In this document: positions 1-7,128 of the stretch, piece after piece
Layout of the letters: each line of letters opens with the position of its first letter
Numbering within the stretch: position 1 is the stretch's first letter
Source of the DNA: Candidatus Aenigmatarchaeota archaeon
Lineage (GTDB): Archaea > Aenigmatarchaeota > Aenigmatarchaeia > QMZP01
Reading direction: 5' to 3'
Length of the DNA: 16,965 bases
Assembly (NCBI GenBank): GCA_039091855.1
Contig: JAWCLA010000003.1
Coordinates: forward strand, 1-16,965
The notes under the pieces: generated by a model
What the model saw: the letters and a program-made list of their open reading frames with translations, nothing else
Told to the model about the DNA's origin: nothing
Databases searched by the model: none
Translations under genes and position numbers: made by a program

Positions 1-22
1 TTAATCCCATAAAGCAGCTTTC

Positions 23-241
23 TCAATGCCCTGTGATACTTCCTGACTGAAACATATACACATTATTAGATACAATAAATGTTATGTTTGCTGTTTTCCT
101 GAGAGACAACCCAATAGCATTAGTAATCTCATTCTTGTTGATGCCGTTGTTCCAAAACTTGGGACTGATAAAAGTATTTTGAGGTAAATTAAATTTCGCA
201 AATTTAGAAATTAGAGATTTTTCTATCAAAATTATAACCAT
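23..241 (-). CDS. Possible small hypothetical protein (72 aa); may be spurious
   Basis: ATG-initiated ORF divergent from the GH57 gene in an AT-rich stretch. No recognisable motif and no clear SD. Confidence 0.2.
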   Translation of the reverse strand: MVIILIEKSLISKFAKFNLPQNTFISPKFWNNGINKNEITNAIGLSLRKTANITFIVSNNVYMFQSGSITGH

Positions 242-396
242 TGATTTGGTGTTTTATGGAATTAATATCACTTTAAATAAAGAATTCAAATAATATGTAT
301 TTGTGAGTATAAATCTGTACATCTCAAAAAGCAACTATTAACAAACAAAATCGCTATTTAAGAATGATATGTACAAAATCATCAATTAAAATTGCT

Positions 397-440
397 CACC
401 GAAATTCAAAGTATTATTAGCCTGTTGAATTTCATTGGTG
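397..440. repeat. Inverted repeat / stem-loop upstream of GH57 gene
   Basis: GAAATTCAA (401-409) and TTGAATTTC (425-433) are perfect reverse complements with a 15-nt spacer. The pairing extends to CACC (397-400)/GGTG (437-440) across a 3-nt bulge. Confidence 0.5.
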
Positions 441-447
441 GATAGAC

Positions 448-485
448 AAATTTAGTTTATTTAAAAAGAAAATTTAGTTATAACT
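448..485 (+). promoter_or_regulatory. Putative archaeal promoter region of GH57 gene
   Basis: TATA-like TTTATTTAAAAA at about 456-467. AAATTTAGTT is directly repeated at 448-457 and 470-479, and AGTTATAACT is a palindrome at 476-485. Confidence 0.4.
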
Positions 486-518
486 GAAATGACATAGGCA
501 TAACAAGTTGTGATGCTA

Positions 519-1742
519 ATGACTGACATAAGCCTGATTTTTGAGGTTCACCAACCCATAAGGCTGAACAAATATGGAATAAGAAGGGATGTTAACAACC
601 TTTATGAAAGGTATTTTTCAAGCGAGTTCAACAAGCTCATCTTTGACAAGGTTGCAAGGCACTGCTACTATCCTGCAACAGAGATTCTGCTAAACCTTGT
701 TGACGACTTGAAGAGGGATAAAAAGCCCTTCAAGGTTTCCTTCTCGATAACAGGGCTTTGGCTCGAGCAGGCAGAGAGATGGCACCCTGACCTTGTAGAG
801 ATGTTCAGGTCTTTCCCGAAGAACAGGGTCGAGTTTCTGGACGAGACTTACTATCATTCGCTTACAGGGCTTTTTGAGGATCCAGGGCAGTTTATAGAGG
901 ATGTTAAGGAACACAGGGAAACTATAAAGTCATTTTTTGGCTATGAGCCAAGGGTTTTGACAAACACAGAGCTTATTTACAACAACAACATAGCGAGGAT
1001 AGCAAGGCAGATGGGTTATGAGGCTATATTCACAGAGGGTGTTGACAGGATATTGCAGTGGAGGTCCCCAAACTATGTTTACACTCCGCCTTCCCACGTT
1101 TCTGACATAAAAATCCTTCTTCGTAACCGTCGGCTTACAGATGATGTTGGATACAGGTTCTCGTCAAGGGAGTGGGATGAGTGGCCACTGACAGCTGAAA
1201 AATACTCATCCTGGCTTGCCGCCTCTCCGGGACAGTGCATAAACCTTTTTATGGATTACGAGACTTTTGGCGAGCATCATTGGGAGGGAACTGGTATATT
1301 GTGGTTTCTTAGAGCTTTGCCATACCAGATAAACAAGTGGGAAAATCTCATTTTTTCTCTTCCAAGCGAAATAGCGGAGAAATACAAGCCTGTGGGAGAG
1401 TATGATGTGTTTGAGTTCAACACGATATCGTGGGCTGATATGGAGATGGATGTTTCGGCTTGGCTTGGGAATGACATGCAGAGAAGGTTTTTTGAGGAGC
1501 TGAAAAATCTTTTGCCATATGTAAGAAAGACTGGCGATCCTGAGCTTTTGAGGGCATGGAAGCTTATGCAGACATCTGACCATCTCCACAACATATGCAC
1601 AAAGTGGTGGGGTGATGGTGATGTCCACAGGTATTTCTCCTATTTTGACCATCCCCAACAGGGATTCGCTGCGATCGCTGACGTGATTTTTGATTTGAAG
1701 CAGAAGGTTTTTGAGAAACTGATGGAGAAAAGGAAAAAGTAA
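519..1742 (+). CDS. Glycoside hydrolase family 57, alpha-amylase type
   Basis: GH57 conserved regions are present: FEVHQP, ETYYH, NTEL (nucleophile Glu), MDYETFGEH (acid/base Asp) and QTSD. Start ATG 519 (MTDISLIFEVHQP) is preferred over GTG 510 or ATG 513, because GTGAT at 510-514 reads as an SD-like site. Confidence 0.93.
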   Translation: MTDISLIFEVHQPIRLNKYGIRRDVNNLYERYFSSEFNKLIFDKVARHCYYPATEILLNLVDDLKRDKKPFKVSFSITGLWLEQAERWHPDLVEMFRSFPKNRVEFLDETYYHSLTGLFEDPGQFIEDVKEHRETIKSFFGYEPRVLTNTELIYNNNIARIARQMGYEAIFTEGVDRILQWRSPNYVYTPPSHVSDIKILLRNRRLTDDVGYRFSSREWDEWPLTAEKYSSWLAASPGQCINLFMDYETFGEHHWEGTGILWFLRALPYQINKWENLIFSLPSEIAEKYKPVGEYDVFEFNTISWADMEMDVSAWLGNDMQRRFFEELKNLLPYVRKTGDPELLRAWKLMQTSDHLHNICTKWWGDGDVHRYFSYFDHPQQGFAAIADVIFDLKQKVFEKLMEKRKK

Positions 1743-1801
1743 TTTTGAAGTTCCGAAGGAAATTCTCAACCAAATCGTGCAAATGAAAAACAACAAGCTG
1801 A

Positions 1802-2004
1802 TGTCATAAGGCGAAGTGTAGTGGAAGGTGAGAAGCGCCTTCTCCGTAAATGTCGCAAAGATAACCAAATAGTAATTTGACGACCTTGCCCAATATAACC
1901 AAGTCGTCTTTCCAAACATCTGTCATAAGGCGAAGTGTAGTGGAAGGTGAGAAGCGCCTTCTCCGTAAATGTCGTTTTGTATGTAAGTCATAAGGCGAAG
2001 TGTA
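1802..2004. repeat. Direct-repeat mini-array: two identical 54-bp units plus an 18-bp partial unit
   Basis: TGTCATAAGGCGAAGTGTAGTGGAAGGTGAGAAGCGCCTTCTCCGTAAATGTCG occurs at 1802-1855 and 1921-1974. GTCATAAGGCGAAGTGTA recurs at 1987-2004. The spacers are 65 bp and 12 bp. Confidence 0.95.
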
Positions 2005-3156
2005 TTAGTCCCACAAACCCATTGCCTTTCCGTAAACACCTGTCGTCCATCTTGCTATTTTGTCCCAAGTGTAGTCCTTCTCTACCATTTTTCTCGCGTT
2101 GCTGCCCATCCATTTTATCCAGTCGTCATCCCACAGCGTCCTGTTAATTTGATCGCATAGTGATTGTATGTGTGCAGGATAGGAATGGAGTCCTGTCGAC
2201 TCATGAATTATTGTTTCCTTCAGTCCGCCTGTGTAAGAACCTACTGTTGGGGTTCTTGCTGCAGCTGATTCCAAAGCGACTATGCCGAACGGCTCATAAA
2301 CAGATGGCGCGACTGTTATGTCTGCTGTCTTGAAAAGGGATATTAGAGTTTCTTCTGGTAGATAACCAGTAAAGTAAGTCTTATGTGCTATTCCTATCCT
2401 GTATGCCATATTCCTGTAATAGTCAACAGCCCCTCCGCCCGCTATCACGAATTTTGCTTCTGGGTGCTGATTCAAAACACCGGGAATTGCGCCGAGAAGG
2501 TAGTCAACTCCTTTCTGGTATGTTAGCCTTCCAACAAATAGAATAAGCTTTTCCCATTCTGCAGCAAAGAGATTCCTGTCAATATCCTTTTTGTTGTTGT
2601 CAAACCTCGAGATGTCAACGCCGTTCTTTATGTAGTGAATCTTGTTTTCAGGGACATTGAATATGCTTTTAACCTCGTTGTAGAAGTCCTTTCCAACTGT
2701 TATAACCTCATGTGCCTCGTAGGTTCCATACCATTCCAAATCATTTATCATTTTTGTGTAGGAATTATGGATTCCTGACCTGCCCCTTTCTGTGGAGTGA
2801 AGGGTAAACACCATTGGTATTTTCAACAATTTCTTTATTCCAACTCCTGCAGGAACAGTCATCCAATCATGGGCATGAACAAGGTCGAATTTCTCCTCCT
2901 TGTGAAGCTCTATTGCCTTTTTTTCCATTTGGTGGCTAAGGAACATCGACCAAGAGATTGTGTCAGGGGCGTTGGTGGAAGGCAGCCTGTGAACCGTTAC
3001 CCCTTTTGTTTTTTCCTCTTGGTTTTTGTCTCCATAAGTAAGAACGTGTACGTCGTGTCCCATTGAGGCAAGAGTCCTTGAGAGGTCATAGCAATGACTT
3101 CCTATTCCCCCTACCTTGAATGGAGGGAATTCCCAAGTTGCCATCAGTATTCTCAT
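2005..3156 (-). CDS. GT4 (GT-B fold) retaining glycosyltransferase, glycogen-synthase-like
   Basis: Motifs WEFPPFKVGGIG (KxGG-like), HAHDW, TLHSTERGR, FVGRLTYQKG and EPFGIVALE (Ex7E). GGTGG SD upstream and ATGA overlap with the upstream gene. Confidence 0.92.
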   Translation of the reverse strand: MRILMATWEFPPFKVGGIGSHCYDLSRTLASMGHDVHVLTYGDKNQEEKTKGVTVHRLPSTNAPDTISWSMFLSHQMEKKAIELHKEEKFDLVHAHDWMTVPAGVGIKKLLKIPMVFTLHSTERGRSGIHNSYTKMINDLEWYGTYEAHEVITVGKDFYNEVKSIFNVPENKIHYIKNGVDISRFDNNKKDIDRNLFAAEWEKLILFVGRLTYQKGVDYLLGAIPGVLNQHPEAKFVIAGGGAVDYYRNMAYRIGIAHKTYFTGYLPEETLISLFKTADITVAPSVYEPFGIVALESAAARTPTVGSYTGGLKETIIHESTGLHSYPAHIQSLCDQINRTLWDDDWIKWMGSNARKMVEKDYTWDKIARWTTGVYGKAMGLWD

Positions 3157-3770
3157 CTAACCACCAAAGGTGAAGCTTTTCTTTTTGAATTCTCGTAAAT
3201 ATCTATAACCTCTTTCTGCCAGCCTTCTTTTATCGGGTCCACAAGCCTTATTTTTCCTTCAGGAAGCTGAAGGTCTTGCAAAAGCGAATGGTATGTTCTT
3301 TGGTTGTTGGCAAGAACAAACCCTGCCTCGTAAGTCAGCCACCATTCTAGGTCAGATATTATTCCTGAATGCGGGGCACAGAATCCCCTTTCCTTTTCAG
3401 TAGAGTGTATGGTAACTATGAGAGGCTTTTCTGTGAACTTTGCAAGGGATATTGCAGATGTTGAGGTTATCCAGTCATTGCCATGGATTATGTCAAAACC
3501 CGTTTCCTCAAAAATCTCCCTTCCTCTTCTCTTTATCTCGTTGTTCATCATCATTGACCAGTTGAAAAGGTTGTCGCCGTGGATTATAAGAGGTACTCTG
3601 TGAATGTATGTTCTTTCTCCTATTTTTTCCTCAAAGTTAGATGTCCCGAAGCAAACTATGTGAGATTCTATGCCTTTTCCTGAAAGGAATGTGGCAAGGG
3701 ATCTTACATATTCTGAGACCCCCTCACCTGAAACGAATTCCCTTACAAGCAAAAGCACGCTTTTAATCAT
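3153..3770 (-). CDS. GT4 N-terminal-domain-only protein (205 aa)
   Basis: HGNDW, TIHSTEKERG and IISDLEWWLTYEA are paralogous to the downstream GT4. It lacks the C-terminal donor-binding domain (no GR..KG, no Ex7E) and is translationally coupled to 2005-3156. Confidence 0.85.
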   Translation of the reverse strand: MIKSVLLLVREFVSGEGVSEYVRSLATFLSGKGIESHIVCFGTSNFEEKIGERTYIHRVPLIIHGDNLFNWSMMMNNEIKRRGREIFEETGFDIIHGNDWITSTSAISLAKFTEKPLIVTIHSTEKERGFCAPHSGIISDLEWWLTYEAGFVLANNQRTYHSLLQDLQLPEGKIRLVDPIKEGWQKEVIDIYENSKRKASPLVVR

Positions 3771-3774
3771 TCCA

Positions 3775-4941
3775 TCACTTCAGAAGTTCTTTATATATCG
3801 CCTCAACCCTTGAAGCTGTCTTTTCCCAAGAAAAGCTTGCAGCCCTTATTCTCGCATTTCTCTCAAGGCGCTTTCTCTCGTCATCATTTTTTAGGAGAAA
3901 CTTTATTTTTTCTGCAAGTTCAAGGTGGTTTCCAGGCTCGAAAAGCAGTCCTGATTTCCCGTCTTCTATTATCTCCTTTATCCCGCCTGTCCTTGAACCG
4001 ATGACTGCCTTTTTCATCGCAAGCCCTTCCACTGCAACAATACCGAACGGCTCGTAAATGGAGGGAACAACAAATATGTCAGAGGCCGCTATCAAACTCA
4101 TCCTTTCTTGTTCAGAAACAAAGCTGTTTATGTGAAGCACGTCAGGAGGAAGGTTTGGTATTTCTCCGTGGCTTAATAGGACAAGCTTCACGTTTGTTAT
4201 CTCTTTTTTCACCTCCTCGTATGCCCTTACAAGAACATCTATGCCCTTCTCTCTTACAGGCCTTCCTACAAAAAAGATTATTCTGTCATTGTCAAATCCG
4301 AATTTTTTTCTTGCCTTTTGTCCTCCTATTTTTTCAGGATCGTATTTATTCAGGTCTATTCCGTTATGTATGACCTCTATCCTTTCCTGTGAATAGCCCA
4401 TCTTTATTAACTCATCCTTTATGCCGTTGCTCACTGCTATAACCTTGTCAGCTCTTGAGCCTAGTTTCTCTATCTCAACGACCCAAGGGTTTGGGTTTGG
4501 GTTCCTTCCTATCTCGCAGGAATGCATTGTAACTACCCACGGCTTGCCTAAATGTTTGCTCGCAACAAGACCTGCCCACATTCCAAGCCAGTCGTGCGAG
4601 TGAATCAAGTCAAGTTTTTCCATATGGTATAGAATCTCTATTGACTGAATGGTGAAGTCAAAATAATCTCCCCCAACAAACCACTCGTTTGGTGTGAGCA
4701 GTTTGTAGCAATCAAAAAGTTCTGGCCTTGGCCTTATTCTGAAAACATCAACACCATTCACGATTTCGTGCTCTTTCTTGTCGCCTTCCCTCTTAAGGGC
4801 TATTGCTGTTATCTTGAATTTTTTGGAAAGCCGCTTATAGAGCTCATCTTGGTAAGTGCCGAGCCCTCCTACTATGTTCGGAGGAAACTCCCAAGCGATG
4901 TCTCCTATCCAAAAATTAGGTTTTCTGTTTCCCTTTCTCAT
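3775..4941 (-). CDS. GT4 glycosyltransferase, glycogen-synthase-like
   Basis: Motifs WEFPPNIVGGLG, HSHDW, TMHSCEIGR, FVGRPVREKG and EPFGIVAVE. Confidence 0.92.
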   Translation of the reverse strand: MRKGNRKPNFWIGDIAWEFPPNIVGGLGTYQDELYKRLSKKFKITAIALKREGDKKEHEIVNGVDVFRIRPRPELFDCYKLLTPNEWFVGGDYFDFTIQSIEILYHMEKLDLIHSHDWLGMWAGLVASKHLGKPWVVTMHSCEIGRNPNPNPWVVEIEKLGSRADKVIAVSNGIKDELIKMGYSQERIEVIHNGIDLNKYDPEKIGGQKARKKFGFDNDRIIFFVGRPVREKGIDVLVRAYEEVKKEITNVKLVLLSHGEIPNLPPDVLHINSFVSEQERMSLIAASDIFVVPSIYEPFGIVAVEGLAMKKAVIGSRTGGIKEIIEDGKSGLLFEPGNHLELAEKIKFLLKNDDERKRLERNARIRAASFSWEKTASRVEAIYKELLK

Positions 4942-4963
4942 ATATTTTATACTATATGCCTTT

Positions 4964-4989
4964 CTGATAATAAATTGTTTTATTATCAG
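4964..4989. promoter_or_regulatory. Perfect 11-bp inverted repeat in divergent promoter (operator and/or back-to-back TATA boxes)
   Basis: CTGATAATAAA-TTGT-TTTATTATCAG lies in the 65-bp gap between the GT4 operon start (4941, -) and the debranching enzyme start (5007, +). Confidence 0.7.
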
Positions 4990-5006
4990 GAACCAAAATA
5001 TTAAAT

Positions 5007-7052
5007 ATGTTGGATTGGACTTTCAAAAAGGATTTTGGGGACAGACACTACATTCTGACAAACAGGAAGGGTTTTTTCTGCAGGTATATTGATTCAGGCT
5101 TCAGGACAAAGTGGTGCGGTCTTTGGATGCCGCCGATAAAACATATTGAATATTATGCTTACTGCCTGAAAGGATATAAGGAGCAGTGGCTTTCGTGGGA
5201 TAATTGTGTTGAGTTTTCGCTAAACCCTTGGGGGGCTTTACATAAATTCAAACTTCCTGAGTTTGATGTTTCAGAAATCGTTTTCGTTCCTGAAGGTATG
5301 AGGGTTCTTGTTTCAATCCTGAAAATAAAGAACAATGGTCCGAGAAAGAGGATTTCTGTTTTGCTTGAGGCTGCTGTGAACACAAGGAAAAAGCACGAAA
5401 ACTGGCATCCAAGAGAATATCACTCAGAGTTCAGTGAAGTGAGAAACTGGGTTGCTGTAAGGACAGAGGCAACTTCGTGGAGCACTGCTTTCGGGATCGG
5501 AAGGATTGATAAGGATGTTTGTGTTTCATTTTTCCCAAAGAATGAATATAAAGAGCACAATCCAGGCTCTCTGCAGAGATGCTTTCTTCCAGGAAACTAT
5601 GAGGTTTCTTTTGATATGGAGCCATCTGAGGAGATAGAGCTGCCTTTCATTTTTTCTTGCTCGGAGAAATCAATGGATGAAACCACGTCTGGATTTGATT
5701 ATGCAATAAGAAACTGGAAAGGCTTGCTTGAGGGGAAAATAAGGATGTCTGGACCTGATGGTCAGATAATAAGAACGCCTGACAAGGAGATAGACAAGGC
5801 TTTTGTGTGGAATGTGATGGGCCTTGAATCTCTTATACACGAATCGAGGTTCGGTACAGGGATTCTTGCAGGTCTTCCCTGGTTCACAGAATTCTGGGCA
5901 AGGGACTCCTTTATATCTATTCCTGCTCTTAACCACATAGGAAAATATGAGATTTCAAGGAAAATGCTTGAGATGTTCATTTCCAGAAACATACCATCAA
6001 AGATTGACATAGAAGGGAATGAAGAAAGGGATTTTGCAGACACGTTGCCCTTGTTTTTGCTTGCTGTTAAAAACTACCTAAACTCAACAGGTGATTTGGA
6101 ATTATTGATGCAAGTAAAAAAGCAAATCTCACATATTGCAAAAAAACTTCAGCTTTCTGAAGGTCTCGTAATCCATGACCCTGAAAAGACATGGATGGAT
6201 TCCTACGCAAGAGGAAAGTCCGCGATAGAAGTTCAATCCCTTTGGTGTGAAGTTTTAGGGGAAACAAACACCTATCTTTCAAAAACAATTGAAAACAACA
6301 TAAAGATTGGATATTGGAATCCGAAGACTGGCTATTTTCTTGACAGCAAGAACCCTGATATTGATGACCTTACGGTAAATTGTATTGCTCCTGTTTTCTT
6401 CGGTCAGGTTGAGGGGCAGAAGGTTTCTGACGTTCTTGACAGTTTAACCAGGGATTTTATGTCAAAGTGGGGAATAAGGACCCGTTCTATAAAAGACAAA
6501 GAGTATAAGCCTGACTCTTATCATAAAGGCTCGGTATGGGGGTTAACAACAGGGGCGGCTGCCTGCACCTACTTAAAGCACAACAGGATTTATAATGGTG
6601 TTATGTGTCTGAAAGCGATGGCATCTGAAATGGGAATAAATGCTGTTGGCAGTTCTGGAGAGGCCTTGAATGCTGATACAGGAGAGCTTCTCGGTTGTGG
6701 TATGCAGGCATGGTCATCGGCAATGTTTATAACAGCTGTTGATGGTTTCGTTTTCGGAATAATACCTGAACTTGACAAAAATTTAATTAATATCCAGCCG
6801 AGAATTCCTGATGATTGGAATTATATGGAGAGGTTTGGGAAGAGGATAGGAAAGCACAAAATGAACCTTTTGATAAGGAGGGATCACGCAAGGCTTGTGG
6901 TTGACATAAATTTTGACTCCTCGCCTTTGCTTGATGCAAAATTGGTTCTTCCTTCAAACATAAAGAAAATGATTGTTAACGGAAAGGTGTTTATTGGAAA
7001 TTCTGTGTGTTTTGAGCTGAGAAGGCAGAACAACATAGTTGCATTGCCATAA
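5007..7052 (+). CDS. Amylo-alpha-1,6-glucosidase / glycogen debranching enzyme (GDE_C domain, GH133-like)
   Basis: Motifs ILAGLPWFTEFWARDSFIS, TWMDS, AIEVQSLW, YHKGSVWG and GCGMQAWSS typical of the (alpha/alpha)6 GDE C-terminal domain, preceded by an N-terminal GDE_N-like region. Confidence 0.87.
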   Translation: MLDWTFKKDFGDRHYILTNRKGFFCRYIDSGFRTKWCGLWMPPIKHIEYYAYCLKGYKEQWLSWDNCVEFSLNPWGALHKFKLPEFDVSEIVFVPEGMRVLVSILKIKNNGPRKRISVLLEAAVNTRKKHENWHPREYHSEFSEVRNWVAVRTEATSWSTAFGIGRIDKDVCVSFFPKNEYKEHNPGSLQRCFLPGNYEVSFDMEPSEEIELPFIFSCSEKSMDETTSGFDYAIRNWKGLLEGKIRMSGPDGQIIRTPDKEIDKAFVWNVMGLESLIHESRFGTGILAGLPWFTEFWARDSFISIPALNHIGKYEISRKMLEMFISRNIPSKIDIEGNEERDFADTLPLFLLAVKNYLNSTGDLELLMQVKKQISHIAKKLQLSEGLVIHDPEKTWMDSYARGKSAIEVQSLWCEVLGETNTYLSKTIENNIKIGYWNPKTGYFLDSKNPDIDDLTVNCIAPVFFGQVEGQKVSDVLDSLTRDFMSKWGIRTRSIKDKEYKPDSYHKGSVWGLTTGAAACTYLKHNRIYNGVMCLKAMASEMGINAVGSSGEALNADTGELLGCGMQAWSSAMFITAVDGFVFGIIPELDKNLINIQPRIPDDWNYMERFGKRIGKHKMNLLIRRDHARLVVDINFDSSPLLDAKLVLPSNIKKMIVNGKVFIGNSVCFELRRQNNIVALP

Positions 7053-7056
7053 CCTG

Positions 7057-7123
7057 TTTATATATAAGTAATCAAATAAATACAGGATTTAATTGATAAT
7101 TAAGAAGTTACTCTAAAGGGTGG
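7057..7123 (+). promoter_or_regulatory. Putative promoter and SD for gapN
   Basis: TTTATATATAA at about 7057-7067, palindrome TTAATT-GAT-AATTAA at 7089-7103, and GGTGG at 7119-7123, 5 nt before GTG 7129. Confidence 0.45.
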
Positions 7124-7128
7124 TATTC

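Noticed and set aside
266-282. Thermococcales TGM (TrmBL1) site
   Set aside because: Only the TATCAC half-site is present; GTGATA does not follow at N5 spacing.
181-509. AT-rich region as replication origin
   Set aside because: No recognisable repeated ORB elements and no cdc6/orc1 gene in the window.
702-710. 9-nt complementarity between spacer arm CAAGTCGTC (1900-1908) and the GH57 coding sequence (self-targeting guide idea)
   Set aside because: A 9-mer match is expected by chance given the many spacer k-mers and a 17-kb window.
1206-1919. 237-aa minus-strand ORF crossing the repeat
   Set aside because: It is mostly antisense to the well-supported GH57 gene and has no recognisable motifs; likely a shadow ORF.
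1802-2004. Canonical CRISPR array
   Set aside because: The 54-bp repeat is too long, spacers of 65 and 12 bp are irregular, there are only 2 full copies, and no cas genes or evident leader are present.
1802-2004. Integron attC cassette array or TIR-bounded MITE
   Set aside because: No RYYYAAC...GTTRRRY box pair, no cassette ORFs and no terminal inverted repeats; all copies are in direct orientation.
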